64,000 nt of DNA, from the NCBI GenBank assembly GCA_964291415.2, contig OZ219920.1, forward strand, positions 384,001-448,000. Direction: 5' to 3'. Below the pieces are notes generated by a model. That model made no database searches. It was not told the origin of the DNA and was given only the letters and a program-made list of their open reading frames with translations. The translations under genes were made by a program, and so were the position numbers. Source of the DNA: Alphaproteobacteria bacterium. Its GTDB lineage: Bacteria; Pseudomonadota; Alphaproteobacteria; SP197. Positions 1 to 10,659 of the stretch are shown here, in pieces (position 1 is the stretch's first letter; each line of letters starts with the position of its first letter).

Positions 1-1078
1 GGCGGTGCTGTGCGACACCAACGGCGGAACGCTTCCAGGGGAGGTGGGAGAGATCGTCGGCGACGTTGCGGCGCGCCTGGGGGGCGAGCGTCTCGGCATC
101 CACGCCCACGATGACGCTGGAAACGCCGTCGCCAACTCCCTGGTCGCGGTGGATGCGGGCGTCCGCCAGGTGCAGGGGACGCTCAACGGCCTGGGAGAGC
201 GCTGCGGCAACGCCAACCTGGTGTCGGTCATTCCGACACTCCTGCTCAAGACCGACTTCGAGACGGGGATCGGCGATGACGACCTGAAGCATCTGACGCG
301 GGTCTCGCGCATGCTCGACGAGATGCTCAACAATCCGTCCGATCACCACGCGCCCTACGTCGGCAGCGCTGCCTTTGCCCACAAGGGCGGCCTGCATGTC
401 TCGGCGGTGATGAAGGATCCGGCGACCTATGAACACGTTCCGCCGGAACGTGTCGGCAACCGCCGTCACATCGTGGTCTCCGGGCAATCGGGGCGTTCCA
501 ACATCCTGGCCCGCCTCACCGAGGCGGGAATCGAGGTCGACGTCGACCATCCGCGCCTTGACAGCCTGGTCGACGAGGTCAAGGCCCGGGAGTTCGAGGG
601 CTATTCCTATGACGGCGCCGGGGCGAGCTTCGAACTGCTCGCCCGGCGGATTCTGGGGACGGTCCCCACCTACTTCGAGGTCGAGAGCTTCCGGGTGCTC
701 GTGGAGCGGCGACAGAACGCCCTTGGCAAGCTCGTGACGAGTTCGGAGGCGACCGTCAAGCTCGTCATCGGCGGCGAACGCCTGCTTTCGGTGGCCGAGG
801 GCAACGGTCCCGTCGATGCCCTCAACCATGCCCTGGCGAAGGATCTCGGCAAGTACGCCGGCTACCTCGGTGGCTGGCGCCTGGTGGACTACAAGGTGAG
901 AATCCTGTCGCCCACGGCCGGCACCGGGGCGGTGACGCGGGTCGTCATCGAGAGCACCGATGACGGCGACATGCCGTGGAGCACCGTCGGGGTTTCCGCC
1001 AACATCATCGACGCCTCGTTCCAGGCGCTCGTCGATTCCATCACCTACAAGCTGCTGCGCGAGAATGCGCCTGCCTGA
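1..1078 (+). CDS. cimA: Citramalate synthase (LeuA/CimA family), 5'-truncated by window edge
   Basis: LCDTNGG, HAHDDAG, GERCGNANL and FAHKGGLH motifs; C-terminal LeuA dimer domain (GNGPVDAL, WSTVGVSANII). Confidence 0.9.
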   Translation, partial: AVLCDTNGGTLPGEVGEIVGDVAARLGGERLGIHAHDDAGNAVANSLVAVDAGVRQVQGTLNGLGERCGNANLVSVIPTLLLKTDFETGIGDDDLKHLTRVSRMLDEMLNNPSDHHAPYVGSAAFAHKGGLHVSAVMKDPATYEHVPPERVGNRRHIVVSGQSGRSNILARLTEAGIEVDVDHPRLDSLVDEVKAREFEGYSYDGAGASFELLARRILGTVPTYFEVESFRVLVERRQNALGKLVTSSEATVKLVIGGERLLSVAEGNGPVDALNHALAKDLGKYAGYLGGWRLVDYKVRILSPTAGTGAVTRVVIESTDDGDMPWSTVGVSANIIDASFQALVDSITYKLLRENAPA

Positions 1079-1797
1079 TGGCTCCGCCTGCCATCATTCT
1101 GGTGCGCCCCCAGCTCGGCTGGAACATCGGTGCGGCGGCCCGTGCCATGGCGAACTTCGGACTGGACGATCTGCGGATCGTGGCGCCGCGCGACGGCTGG
1201 CCCAATGAAGACGCCCGGGCGATGGCGACGGGAGCCGGAGAAGTTCTTGACCGCGCCAGGATTCATGCCACCGCGCGCGAGGCCGTCGGCGACCTCCATC
1301 GCCTGTGGGCCACCACCGCGCGGCATCGCGACATGGCCAAGCCCGTCCTCACGCCCGGCGAGGTGGCACGGGCCTGCCGTTCCGGGGATCTGCGGACCGG
1401 CATCCTCTTTGGTCCCGAGAGCACCGGCCTTGCCAACGACGAGGTGGTGCTCGCCGATGCCCTCGTGCGCATCCCCACCGCGGGCCCGCAGCGTTCGCTC
1501 AATCTCGCCCAGGCCGTCCTTGTGCTGGCCTGGGAGTGTGCCGGACCCGCCGAGGACGTCACGCAGTGGCACACCGCCGCCACACCTGCGACCATGGCGG
1601 AGTTCGACGGGTTCTTCGATCAGCTCGTCGGCGCCCTCGATTCATCGGGATTCCTGCGCAACCGGGAGCAGAGACCGGTGACGGTGCGCAACCTGCGCAC
1701 CATGTTCCAGCGCGCCGGTCTCTCCGGGAGGGAAGTGAGGACGCTGAGGGGCGTGGTGAGCGCGTTATCAGGACGTTCGGACGGGGATACGGTTTGA
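1078..1797 (+). CDS. trmJ: tRNA 2'-O-methyltransferase, TrmJ/TrmH SPOUT family
   Basis: ILVRPQLGWNIGAAARAMANFG, FGPESTGL, SLNLAQAV; ATG at 1078 overlaps cimA TGA. Confidence 0.85.
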   Translation: MAPPAIILVRPQLGWNIGAAARAMANFGLDDLRIVAPRDGWPNEDARAMATGAGEVLDRARIHATAREAVGDLHRLWATTARHRDMAKPVLTPGEVARACRSGDLRTGILFGPESTGLANDEVVLADALVRIPTAGPQRSLNLAQAVLVLAWECAGPAEDVTQWHTAATPATMAEFDGFFDQLVGALDSSGFLRNREQRPVTVRNLRTMFQRAGLSGREVRTLRGVVSALSGRSDGDTV

Positions 1798-1822
1798 CAA
1801 GGCCGACGCGCTTGACTACAAG
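1794..1822 (+). promoter_or_regulatory. Putative sigma70 promoter of rpsD
   Basis: TTGACA-N17-TACAAG about 50 nt upstream of rpsD. Confidence 0.5.
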
Positions 1823-1872
1823 GCGCCGGCACTCTCTCCCGAGAACGTGAACAAGAGAACTGTGAAGGCCGG

Positions 1873-2493
1873 ATGACCAAGCGCCTGTCGTCGAAGTACA
1901 AGATCTGCCGCCGCAATGGCGAGAATCTCTGGGGCCGACCCAAGAGGTTCCTGACAAACCGGCTCTATGCGCCCGGTGAGCACGGCCAGTCGAGACGCCG
2001 CCGGCCGACCGACTACGGTGTCCAGCTTGCGGCCAAGCAGAAGCTCAAGGGCTATTACGGCAACATCACGGAACGCCAGTTCCGCCGTGTCTACGAGGAA
2101 GCCTACAGGCACCGCGGCGATACCATCGAGAACATGATCGGCCTTCTCGAACGCCGGCTCGATATCGTGATCTACCGCATGAAGTTCGTGCCGACGGTCT
2201 TTTCGGCCCGGCAGTTCGTCAATCACGGCCACATCCGCGTCAATGGACGCAAGGTCAACATTCCGAGCTACCGGGTGAAGCCCGAGGACGTGATCGAGGT
2301 CAAGGAGGCCTCCCGCGAACTGCCCCTCGTGCTCGAGGCCGTGGTGTCAGGCGACCGCGACGTGCCGGAGTACCTCGAAGTCGACATCGACCGCATGCGG
2401 GGCGTCTTCCACCGTACCCCGGCCTTCGCCGAGGTTCCCTATCCGGTCAGGATGGAGCCCAATCTCGTGGTGGAGTTCTACTCCAAGGCCTGA
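1873..2493 (+). CDS. rpsD: 30S ribosomal protein S4
   Basis: [45 protein letters not shown]. Confidence 0.98.
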   Translation: MTKRLSSKYKICRRNGENLWGRPKRFLTNRLYAPGEHGQSRRRRPTDYGVQLAAKQKLKGYYGNITERQFRRVYEEAYRHRGDTIENMIGLLERRLDIVIYRMKFVPTVFSARQFVNHGHIRVNGRKVNIPSYRVKPEDVIEVKEASRELPLVLEAVVSGDRDVPEYLEVDIDRMRGVFHRTPAFAEVPYPVRMEPNLVVEFYSKA

Positions 2494-2499
2494 TCCCCC

Positions 2500-2536
2500 G
2501 GCGCAACGGGTTCATTACGAGCCGGCGCCTTTTCTT
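2500..2536 (+). terminator. Putative intrinsic terminator after rpsD
   Basis: GGCGC...GCGCC stem with inner pairing, followed by TTTTCTT. Confidence 0.55.
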
Positions 2537-3026
2537 CGCACCGATCATTGTCCGTGACCCTCGGCGCATGTCCCCACGCCGGAACACGCCGCCCGGATTG
2601 CTCCTTGCCTGGTCGTTGGACACCGATCGCCCGCATGGCCAGCATTCGGCAACGGCGGGCGCCAGGACATCCGCATTGCTGGTGACCAGCACCCCGGACA
2701 CTGCAGAGAGCAGGCCGGATCGGTCGAACGAAACGGAGGCGAAACCGGACGCTGCTGCTCTTCCAGAGGCAGCGGCTCCACCACCGGCGCGAGGTGCGGC
2801 ACGGCCGGAGACCGGCGGCGCCGGCGCCGTTCGTTCTTCGCAAGGTGAGCGTCCGGAGGCCGCGGCCCCGGCATCTCCTTGCCCGTCTCCGGGTCGACCG
2901 GCCGCGGACGGTTGAGCGCCGTCGCGTCGCGTGTCAGCCCGAGGGCCCGGTGTTGTCTCGCACATTGTTTGACCGCGGGTTTTCCGGATTGGCGGATTGT
3001 TTCGATGCTGTTCCGGCGGTGTCCGC

Positions 3027-5789
3027 TCAGAAGTCCACTGCAATCAGCCCCATTTCCCTGGCGCGGCGCACCGCCTCGGTCCGCTTGCGCACACCGAGTT
3101 TGGTGAACAGCTTGCGGATGTGATAGCGCACGCCATACGCGCTCAGACCGAGCTCGGCGGCGATCACCTTGTCCCGCTGGCTTGCGAGCCGCTGCAGCAC
3201 TTCCTTCTCGCGCTCGCTCAGAACCGGATGCCGCGGGTTGTCCGCCCGATCCATCGCCGTCAGAAGCAGTCGCGCAGTTTCCCGGTCAGCACCGTCCGGC
3301 ACCCCTTCCAGCAGTGCGGCAAGGGCCTGGCGACAGTCCTCGCGTTCCCGCACCAGCGGTCCGGCGTATGGCGTCTTCGCGTACAACCGCAGGTACGACT
3401 CCAGATGTCCGGACGCCGCCGCCTCGCCTGCCCGAATCTCGAGCACCGCCGACAGCGCCAGCGCGCGCATCAGCGTCCGTCTCAACCCCCTTTCGGCTGC
3501 CAGCGCGCGCAACTCGTCGGCGAAACCGCGGCCCTCCTCGAAGCGCTCGCTCCCGATGAACAGGCGCAGCCGCGCGCAGGACACCGCCTCCATTTCCCGC
3601 CAGCTCTGACCCGTCAGGTCCAGGCAGTCGGCCGGACGCTCCGGCAGATCGTCTGACGTCCATGCGCTTTCCGCTTCAACGATTCGTCCGGCGATCGCCA
3701 GCAAGGAAACCCTGAGCGCCGACACGTACCTGGCCAGCGCCGGCAATCGGACACCCCGCACGTAGCCCAGCATGGCTTCCGCAGATGCCAGCGCACTCTC
3801 CGCGCCCTCGTCCCGCAGCTTGATCGCCAGCGCCGTGCCGCTCGCCGCGGCATAGGCCTGGAAGGGCGAACTGCCCGTCGCCAGCACTTCGGGAATGCCG
3901 ACCGGCTCCGCGTCGGGCAGGGCGCGGCCGCATTCCTGCGCAAGTTCCCGCAGCAGGACCCCGCAAATCGCGACCGGCTCGCTGCCGGCCCCGTAACTTT
4001 CCCTGGCGACCCTTTCGGCGCTGCCGTAGTACGCCGCTGCGTCCTTCACCTGGCCCTGCGCCATGGCGATTTGCCCGACATGAATGTCAATGAACATCGT
4101 CATCCAGCGGCTGCGGCGCAGGCACTCCCGCGCCCGCACGGCATGATCGAGCGCGGCTTCGAAAGTCGCCGTCATGCTGCCCGCCAGGCAGAGGCTGTAC
4201 TCCATGATGCCCCGCGTCAGGGCATCGATACGCGATGAGGCTGCAAGCCGTGCGACCTCGGACAGATGCCTGCGAAACAACTCCGAGCCGAGGGGCTCGC
4301 CGCCATACAGGACGATCATGCCACGAACCACGCAATGGTCCACCGCCAGCTCCAGCGCCGCGTCGCCGGCATCGTCTTCCAGATTCCCGATGAACGCGGC
4401 GAGGGAACGGTATCTCTCTTTCGCCTCGTCCATCCGCCCCGACAGGATCAACGCCAGACAGCGCGCCAGTCCCAGACGCGGCCGCGCGGCGATCACTCCC
4501 TCGCTCAGCCGACGTTCGGCGTCCCGGAACTGAACCAGCCCTTCGCGGGAGAACAGGCGAGGGCCGCCCGCGCGCTCCATGATCTCGCCGGCGAGTTCTG
4601 CCTCATCCGCTTCAACGGCATGACCCATGGCAGCAGCGGTCTGACCCCGGCGTTCAAGGGCGCCGGCAATACGCCGGTGGATCGTCCGATAGCGCTGCGG
4701 CGTCTCCCGGAAGCGCCGTCTTACGCAATGTTCCCGGATCAGCGGATGCAGCCGCCAGACATCCGTTGCGCCGTCGGGCACCGGCTCGAGCATCCCCACC
4801 AGGAGGGATATGCTGTTGATCCGATGCATGGAGTCGGTTCTCTCAAGCGCTTCGTCGACAAGCGCGGCATCGATCCACTCGAACAGGCCGATATCGAGCA
4901 GAAACTCCCGGTCTTCCGCCCCGAGCCCGGCGAAGAGCCGGGACTCCACCCAGTTCTCGACGAATTGCTGCGATGCGCGCGTGTCATTCCTCCTGTTGCT
5001 CCCCATTTCGTTTCGGGAAATCCTCAGCGCAAAAGGCCAGCCACCCGATTCCGACATCAGTTCGCTCACCCGTTCTCGGCTGAGCGTCCCCTCGAAGAAC
5101 GCGGCCACCTCCGAGCGGGAGAACCGCAGGTCCTCCGTCGCAAGGATCGCACCGCGGCCCTCCAGCACGGCGCCGGCGACGTTCACGCCGGCGGGGAGAT
5201 CTCGGCATGCGAACGCGAGGTGCAGATTGGGCGGACCACGCTCCAGCAGCAAATCAATCAACGCTACGGAGTGAGGGTTCGCCAAGCGCTCCAACTCGTC
5301 GAACGCCAACACGAAGGGCCCGTCGAGATCAGCGATCTTGCGCATCGCAATCAGGGTGCGAGGTTCCGTCTCGTCCCGCAGCTGGCCCAGGTCCGAGTTC
5401 GCAAGGCCTTCCAACCCGGAGATGGAGCCAGCGGTGGCGCTCTGGCATGCGTAGGCAATGTAAGTGTCCAGAACGGCGGGCTCGTCCTGTTCATCCACGG
5501 AAACCCACGCGGTCGCGACCCCTTGCTCTCGCACGCGCCGGCAGCATTCGGCAAGCACGATCGTCTTGCCGAATCCGCCAGGTGCCTGCAGCACCGTGAG
5601 GCGGCGTTGCGTCGGCATGGCGCGCTCCACCAATTCGGCGCGGTGGAGACAACCGGCCACCGGCTCGGGCACGACGATCTTCTGACCCAGAAGCCAGGGA
5701 AGCGGCTCCCGGTCCCCGGAGGCACCGTCCAGGGCCGCGGGGGATCTCCCCGGGCCGGCGACCTGCGTATTCGAAACGGTTTCGCTCAT
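3027..5789 (-). CDS. MalT-like (STAND/LAL) LuxR-family transcriptional regulator
   Basis: Walker A APGGFGKT, AWVSVDEQD, GGWPFALR, WRLHPLIR; C-terminal LuxR HTH LSEREKEVL...IRKLFTKLGVRKRTEAV; start set at ATG 5789. Confidence 0.9.
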   Translation of the reverse strand: MSETVSNTQVAGPGRSPAALDGASGDREPLPWLLGQKIVVPEPVAGCLHRAELVERAMPTQRRLTVLQAPGGFGKTIVLAECCRRVREQGVATAWVSVDEQDEPAVLDTYIAYACQSATAGSISGLEGLANSDLGQLRDETEPRTLIAMRKIADLDGPFVLAFDELERLANPHSVALIDLLLERGPPNLHLAFACRDLPAGVNVAGAVLEGRGAILATEDLRFSRSEVAAFFEGTLSRERVSELMSESGGWPFALRISRNEMGSNRRNDTRASQQFVENWVESRLFAGLGAEDREFLLDIGLFEWIDAALVDEALERTDSMHRINSISLLVGMLEPVPDGATDVWRLHPLIREHCVRRRFRETPQRYRTIHRRIAGALERRGQTAAAMGHAVEADEAELAGEIMERAGGPRLFSREGLVQFRDAERRLSEGVIAARPRLGLARCLALILSGRMDEAKERYRSLAAFIGNLEDDAGDAALELAVDHCVVRGMIVLYGGEPLGSELFRRHLSEVARLAASSRIDALTRGIMEYSLCLAGSMTATFEAALDHAVRARECLRRSRWMTMFIDIHVGQIAMAQGQVKDAAAYYGSAERVARESYGAGSEPVAICGVLLRELAQECGRALPDAEPVGIPEVLATGSSPFQAYAAASGTALAIKLRDEGAESALASAEAMLGYVRGVRLPALARYVSALRVSLLAIAGRIVEAESAWTSDDLPERPADCLDLTGQSWREMEAVSCARLRLFIGSERFEEGRGFADELRALAAERGLRRTLMRALALSAVLEIRAGEAAASGHLESYLRLYAKTPYAGPLVREREDCRQALAALLEGVPDGADRETARLLLTAMDRADNPRHPVLSEREKEVLQRLASQRDKVIAAELGLSAYGVRYHIRKLFTKLGVRKRTEAVRRAREMGLIAVDF

Positions 5790-5950
5790 CCCACCTGCCA
5801 CGCCGCGGAGAACAGGCCGCGTCCACAATGCGCGCCGTTCCATTGGACGGCAGCAACCTTCATCGTGCGCAACCCGTCCCTGCACATTGCCTGCTTGCCG
5901 CACACGGACTTGCTGCAAACATAGCCCTTGGACAAGGGACGCGCATCCCA

Positions 5951-5990
5951 ACAAATGTGTAGCGTATATTGTTGGCGGTACTACACATTT
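5951..5990. promoter_or_regulatory. Inverted-repeat operator candidate in the divergent luxR/ABC intergenic region
   Basis: Perfect 10-bp inverted repeat AAATGTGTAG (5953-5962) / CTACACATTT (5981-5990) in an AT-rich patch; further CTACA boxes at ~6003 and ~6023. Confidence 0.55.
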
Positions 5991-6206
5991 ATGGGTCAAT
6001 TACTACATGTAAGTTGGCTTCTCTACACAACAAATTCCCTTCCGGCGGGTCATTTCACAGGTCTTAATTCAATTGTCTTGACCGTGCCGAAACCTTGCTC
6101 ATACCGTCATGGAGGGGCGTCCGCGACCGACCGTCAACACCGGCGTCTGGCATGCCCGACCCAGACGAATTACTCGCAATTCTTGTCACAGCCGAGCGAC
6201 TCGTGA

Positions 6207-7871
6207 GTGCACGACATGCCCACACTGACGCCAGATAGCACGCCTGCCCAAGGTGGCGGCGCAATTCCACTCGAAAATGCAGCCAGTCGCGTTCTCCGCG
6301 CGATCGCCTGCGCCGCGATACTCGGCCTCGCGGTCGCGACGCTCGCCGCAACGTCATTCGCAACCGAACCCAGACCGGGCGGCACCCTGGTCGTCGCCGC
6401 CGGACCGGGCCTGCGCCACCTCAATCCCGCAGTGCAATCCGGCGCCCACGCCGGTATCGGCGTGCAGCTTTTCGCCGGGCTGGTGCGGGCCGACGACGCG
6501 TTCCAGCCTCAACCCTATCTGGCCGAGCGCTGGGAGGTCTCCGAGGACGGCCTGAACCACACGTTCCATCTCGTCGCCGACGCCCGTTTCCATGACGGCA
6601 CGCCGGTCACGTCGGAAGACGTCGCCTTCTCGCTCGCCGTCGTGAAGGAGCACCACCCGTTCGGGATCGCCATGTTCGATGCCGTCGACCGGGTGGATAC
6701 CCCCGACGCACACACCGCGGTGATACGTCTGTCCAAGCCTCACCCGGCGTTGATGCAGTCCCTGGTTCCCCTGCTCATGCCCATCCTGCCGAAGCATGTC
6801 TTCGGGGACGGCCAGGATCCGAAGACCCACCCCATGAACGCCGCACCCGTCGGCTCTGGTCCCTTCAGGTTCAAGGAGTGGATAAGGGGCGGGCACGTGA
6901 TCCTCGAGCGCAACGACGACTTCTTCCTCGAAGGACGGCCTCTTCTCGACCGGATCGTCGTCAGGTTTTTCAACCTGCCTTCGGTGCGCATGCTCGCGCT
7001 GGAAAAGGGCGAAGTCGACTACTACCCGTTCGCGGGCGTGCGCTTCCGGGACATCCCGAGAATCGCCGACAACCCCGATCTCAGCGTGAGTACCAGGGGC
7101 TACGAGGCGTTCGGCCCGGTCAACTATGTCGAGTTCAACCTGCGAGGGCCGCCCTTCGACGACCTGCGGGTTCGCCGGGCGGTTGCCTACGCCATCGACC
7201 AGGACTTCATGGTGAACACGCTGCACGGGGGCCTGCCGCGACCGGGCCACGGCCCGCTGCACAGCTCGAGCCCGTTCCACGTCGACGGGCTGAACGAGTA
7301 TCCGGTGAACCTGGCGCGCGCGCGGGCCCTGCTCGACCAGGCCGGCTACGCACCGGATACGGAAGGCGTGCGCTTGCGGGTCACTCTTGACTACCCTCCG
7401 TTTCACGCCGACAGCCTCGCCACCGGCGCCGAGTACATCAAGGTCCAGCTGAAGAAAGTCGGCATCGCGGTCGATCTGCGTGCGCCGACCGACTTTGCGA
7501 GCTGGGCGCAGCGCATCGGCTCCTGGAACTACCGCTTCACCATGAACAGCCACTGGACCTACCCCGATCCGGTCATCGGCGTGCACCGGATCTACCTCTG
7601 CGGCAACATCCGCAAGACGATCTGGTCGAACACCCAGGGCTATTGCAACGAGCGCGTGGACACGCTGCTCCGGATGGCGGGATCGGCCCTCGACATCGCC
7701 AGGCGCAAGGAGTTCTACGCGGAGTTCCAGCGCATCGTCAGCGAGGATCTGCCCTTCTACTTCGTCAACGAGGAGCCCTATGTCACGCTATCGCACAGGT
7801 CGGTCATGGATCCGCCGGAGACGGGGTGGGGCCCCATGCAGCCCCTGGACCGGGTCTGGCTCGATCGCTGA
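6207..7871 (+). CDS. ABC transporter substrate-binding protein, peptide/nickel family 5
   Basis: Signal-like segment; LAERWEVSEDG, FHDGTPVTSEDVAFS, PVGSGPF, VRRAVAYAID. Confidence 0.92.
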   Translation: MHDMPTLTPDSTPAQGGGAIPLENAASRVLRAIACAAILGLAVATLAATSFATEPRPGGTLVVAAGPGLRHLNPAVQSGAHAGIGVQLFAGLVRADDAFQPQPYLAERWEVSEDGLNHTFHLVADARFHDGTPVTSEDVAFSLAVVKEHHPFGIAMFDAVDRVDTPDAHTAVIRLSKPHPALMQSLVPLLMPILPKHVFGDGQDPKTHPMNAAPVGSGPFRFKEWIRGGHVILERNDDFFLEGRPLLDRIVVRFFNLPSVRMLALEKGEVDYYPFAGVRFRDIPRIADNPDLSVSTRGYEAFGPVNYVEFNLRGPPFDDLRVRRAVAYAIDQDFMVNTLHGGLPRPGHGPLHSSSPFHVDGLNEYPVNLARARALLDQAGYAPDTEGVRLRVTLDYPPFHADSLATGAEYIKVQLKKVGIAVDLRAPTDFASWAQRIGSWNYRFTMNSHWTYPDPVIGVHRIYLCGNIRKTIWSNTQGYCNERVDTLLRMAGSALDIARRKEFYAEFQRIVSEDLPFYFVNEEPYVTLSHRSVMDPPETGWGPMQPLDRVWLDR

Positions 7872-7952
7872 GCCGTCCCTGACCACGCCGGGGCGCCCGG
7901 TCCTTTCCCGCTGTCGGCCGGGTCCCGTCAAGGCACTTCGGGTACCGGAGGC

Positions 7953-8951
7953 ATGCAGTTCATCCTGACCCTCGGACGCCGGCTCCTCGGCGCCGCCGCG
8001 CTGATCGCGGCGGTTCTCATCCTCAACTTCACGCTGATCCACCTGGCGCCCGGCGATCCGGCGCTGACCATCGCGGGCGGAATGGGAGGCCTCACCGAGG
8101 AGATCCTCCGCGACGTCCGCCGCGCCTACGGCCTCGACGCCCCCCTCCATCGCCAGTTCCTCCTCTACATGGAACTCGTGCTGTCGGGCGATCTCGGCCG
8201 CTCGCTGTTTTACAATGCGCCGGTCCTCGACCTCATCCTCGACCGCCTGGGCCCGACGGTCCTGCTCGTCCTGGCCGCGATGTCGATCGCGCTCATCCTC
8301 GGCACCTTCCTGGGCGTGCTCGCTTCGCGCAAGCCGGGAGGTGTCGTAGCCAACCTCGTCACGGCTTTCACGCTCGCCGGCTATTGCGCGCCTGTATTCT
8401 GGGTCGGGATCCTGCTGCTGCTCGTCTTTTCCGCCGCGATTCCCCTCTTTCCCCTGTCCGGCATGTACGACGTCCGCGCCGACAGCGCGGGCTTGCTCCG
8501 GGTGCTCGACGTCGCCCATCACCTGATGCTGCCGGCGATCACGCTCTCCATCGTTTTCCTCGCGCAGTACAGCCGGATTGCGCGCGCCAGCATGATCGAC
8601 GTGCTGGGCGCCGACTACATCCGGACGGCGCGCGCCAAGGGGCTGAGCGACTGCGGCGTGCTCTACGGGCATGCGCTGCGCAATGCGGCGCTGCCCGTGG
8701 TCACCCTCGCCGGCTTGCAGTTCGGCAACGTGCTCTCCGGCGCGGTGCTGGTCGAAACGGTGTTCGACTGGCCGGGCCTGGGTCTGCTCGCCTTCGAATC
8801 GATCCTGCGCCGCGACTATCCCACCGTCCTCGGCATCCTCTTGTTCGCAACCGCGATGGTGGTCGCCGCCAACGTCCTCACCGACATCGCCTATCGCATC
8901 GTCGATCCCCGGATTTGCGCCGGGACCGACGCGCCGAACATCGCAAGATGA
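7953..8951 (+). CDS. ABC transporter permease, DppB/OppB-like
   Basis: APGDPA, GDLGRS, DYIRTARAKGL, VETVFDWPGLG, RDYP. Confidence 0.92.
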   Translation: MQFILTLGRRLLGAAALIAAVLILNFTLIHLAPGDPALTIAGGMGGLTEEILRDVRRAYGLDAPLHRQFLLYMELVLSGDLGRSLFYNAPVLDLILDRLGPTVLLVLAAMSIALILGTFLGVLASRKPGGVVANLVTAFTLAGYCAPVFWVGILLLLVFSAAIPLFPLSGMYDVRADSAGLLRVLDVAHHLMLPAITLSIVFLAQYSRIARASMIDVLGADYIRTARAKGLSDCGVLYGHALRNAALPVVTLAGLQFGNVLSGAVLVETVFDWPGLGLLAFESILRRDYPTVLGILLFATAMVVAANVLTDIAYRIVDPRICAGTDAPNIAR

Positions 8952-9829
8952 CCGCGCACGGAACGAGTCGCGCCACCGCACGCGCCCCGTCCCCGGCGCG
9001 CGAGACGTTGACGAAGTTCCTTCGCAACGGATCAGCCGTCTCCGGGTTCGTGCTGCTCGCGCTGGTCTTCGCAATGACCCTTGTCCTGCCCGCCTTCTAT
9101 CCCGCCGATCCCTTCGACATCGTATGGCGGCCGCTGGCGCCGCCCGGCGAAGCACCGGCGATACCGCTGGGAAGCGATTTCCTGGGGCGCGACGTGCTGG
9201 CAGGAATCGTCCACGGCGGCCGCGCCACCCTCGCGGTGGGCGCGAGCGCCGCCGCGATCTGCGTGATCGTCGGCATCGCCGTCGGCGCCGCTTCGGGATT
9301 CTACGGCGGTCTCGTCGACGAAGGACTCATGCGCATCGCCGAATTCTTCCAGGTGCTGCCCGCCCTGCTCTTCGCGATGACCCTGGTCAGCCTGTTCGGC
9401 CCGAGCCTCGTGACCGTAGCCATCGCCATCGGCGTGGTCGGCTGGCCGCCGATCGCCCGCCTCACCCGCGCCGAGTTTCTCAGAATCAAGGCACTCGACT
9501 ATGTCAGAGCCTCGCGCGCGATCGGCGCTGCCGACCGCCGTCTCATCTTTCGCGTGATCCTGCCCAACGCGCTGCCCTCCCTTGTCGTCGCCGCCACGCT
9601 CACCGTCGGCGCCGCCATCCTGTTCGAGGCGGGACTCGCGTTTCTCGGCCTCGGCGATCCAAACGCCATGAGCTGGGGCCTGATGATCGGCGCCAACCGG
9701 GACTTCGTGCTGGAGGCATGGTGGCCGGTCACCCTGCCGGGCCTTGCGATATTCCTCACCGTGCTGGGCGTCACCCTGATCGGCGACGGCCTCTCCGACG
9801 CCCTCGATCCGAGGCGGCATGGACGGTGA
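8948..9829 (+). CDS. ABC transporter permease, DppC/OppC-like
   Basis: LGSDFLGRDV, YVRASRAIGA, ILPNALP, EAGLAFLGLG, SWGLMI; ATG overlaps upstream stop. Confidence 0.92.
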   Translation: MTAHGTSRATARAPSPARETLTKFLRNGSAVSGFVLLALVFAMTLVLPAFYPADPFDIVWRPLAPPGEAPAIPLGSDFLGRDVLAGIVHGGRATLAVGASAAAICVIVGIAVGAASGFYGGLVDEGLMRIAEFFQVLPALLFAMTLVSLFGPSLVTVAIAIGVVGWPPIARLTRAEFLRIKALDYVRASRAIGAADRRLIFRVILPNALPSLVVAATLTVGAAILFEAGLAFLGLGDPNAMSWGLMIGANRDFVLEAWWPVTLPGLAIFLTVLGVTLIGDGLSDALDPRRHGR

Positions 9830-9976
9830 TGGCAAGGCCGATGTGAGGTGTGGTGAGCGTCGCCGCACAGCTTGCACTCGTTCGCCCTGGTGACCCGGGC
9901 TCCCTTGGCTCCCTCATCCACAAGAAGAGTCCTGATTCCTGGTAGAGCATCGTCATCGCGATCCCGCGCCAGCGTG

Positions 9977-10218
9977 CAGTGTCCTGATTCCGGAGTATTG
10001 CAGATTTGCCTTTGACGTTCGGCGGTTTCGAGGGCTGTGAGGCAGAAGCGTTCGATGGTTGCGAGGATGTCGTCTGCGGACTTTGTCCCGCGCAAGGGTC
10101 TGGGATTTGCGTTGACGGTGTCGAGGTCGCCCCGGATGGCCTGTTCGAGTTCCCAGGTCGAGCGATGGACCCCGCGGTGGAGCTGTGTGTCGGTCAAGGC
10201 GGTGAAGAAGCGCTCGAT
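9977..10218 (-). mobile_element. IS630-family transposase 3' remnant with element end
   Basis: IERFF...LHRGVHRSTWELEQAI...NANPRP...TKSADDILATIERFC...ESGH; end sequence GTGTCCTGATTCCG. Confidence 0.75.
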
Positions 10219-10460
10219 CCCGCTGCGCCGGGACTCGGTCGCGGCACTCGACGCGTGGTTCAAGGAGCGTGGCGGCGAGCCCTGTGACCCGGTCTTCCCC
10301 AACCAGCGCTGCAGACCGCTCACCCATGACAGCTTCGCCTGTCCCCTGGCTCGCAACCTGGCTGTCGCGCGGTCAGACTGCCCGTCGCTGGGATGCAAGC
10401 GGGTGACGCCCCACGCCCCATACCCTGCGGCACAGCGCCGCCATGGACCTGCTTCGCAAC
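10207..10460 (+). pseudogene. Tyrosine recombinase C-terminal fragment (RIT/XerD-like)
   Basis: KRSIPLRRDSVAALDAWFKERGG...CPSLGCKRVTPH, then frameshifted HTLRHSAAMDLL (H-x-x-R box). Confidence 0.7.
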
Positions 10461-10659
10461 GTGCGGAGTATCGCGAGAGTAGCCACCGAGTTTCACGCAA
10501 AGTAGGCATGGCGTTCTGCAAGCCCTCCTGAGTGCTGCCGGGGTTTGGCGGCGACGATCCTGCAGCGGCCTCGTCGCCTGCTCCATAGCATCTACTTTGC
10601 TGAGAATCGGTGGCTGCGTTGGATGAGAATCACCGGATACATTGGTGAGAGTCGGCAGG

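Noticed and set aside
2540-3020. GC-rich gap after rpsD with hairpins (e.g. 2751-2776) and short ORFs
   Set aside because: No recognisable RNA family or protein motif; such hairpins are expected at this GC content
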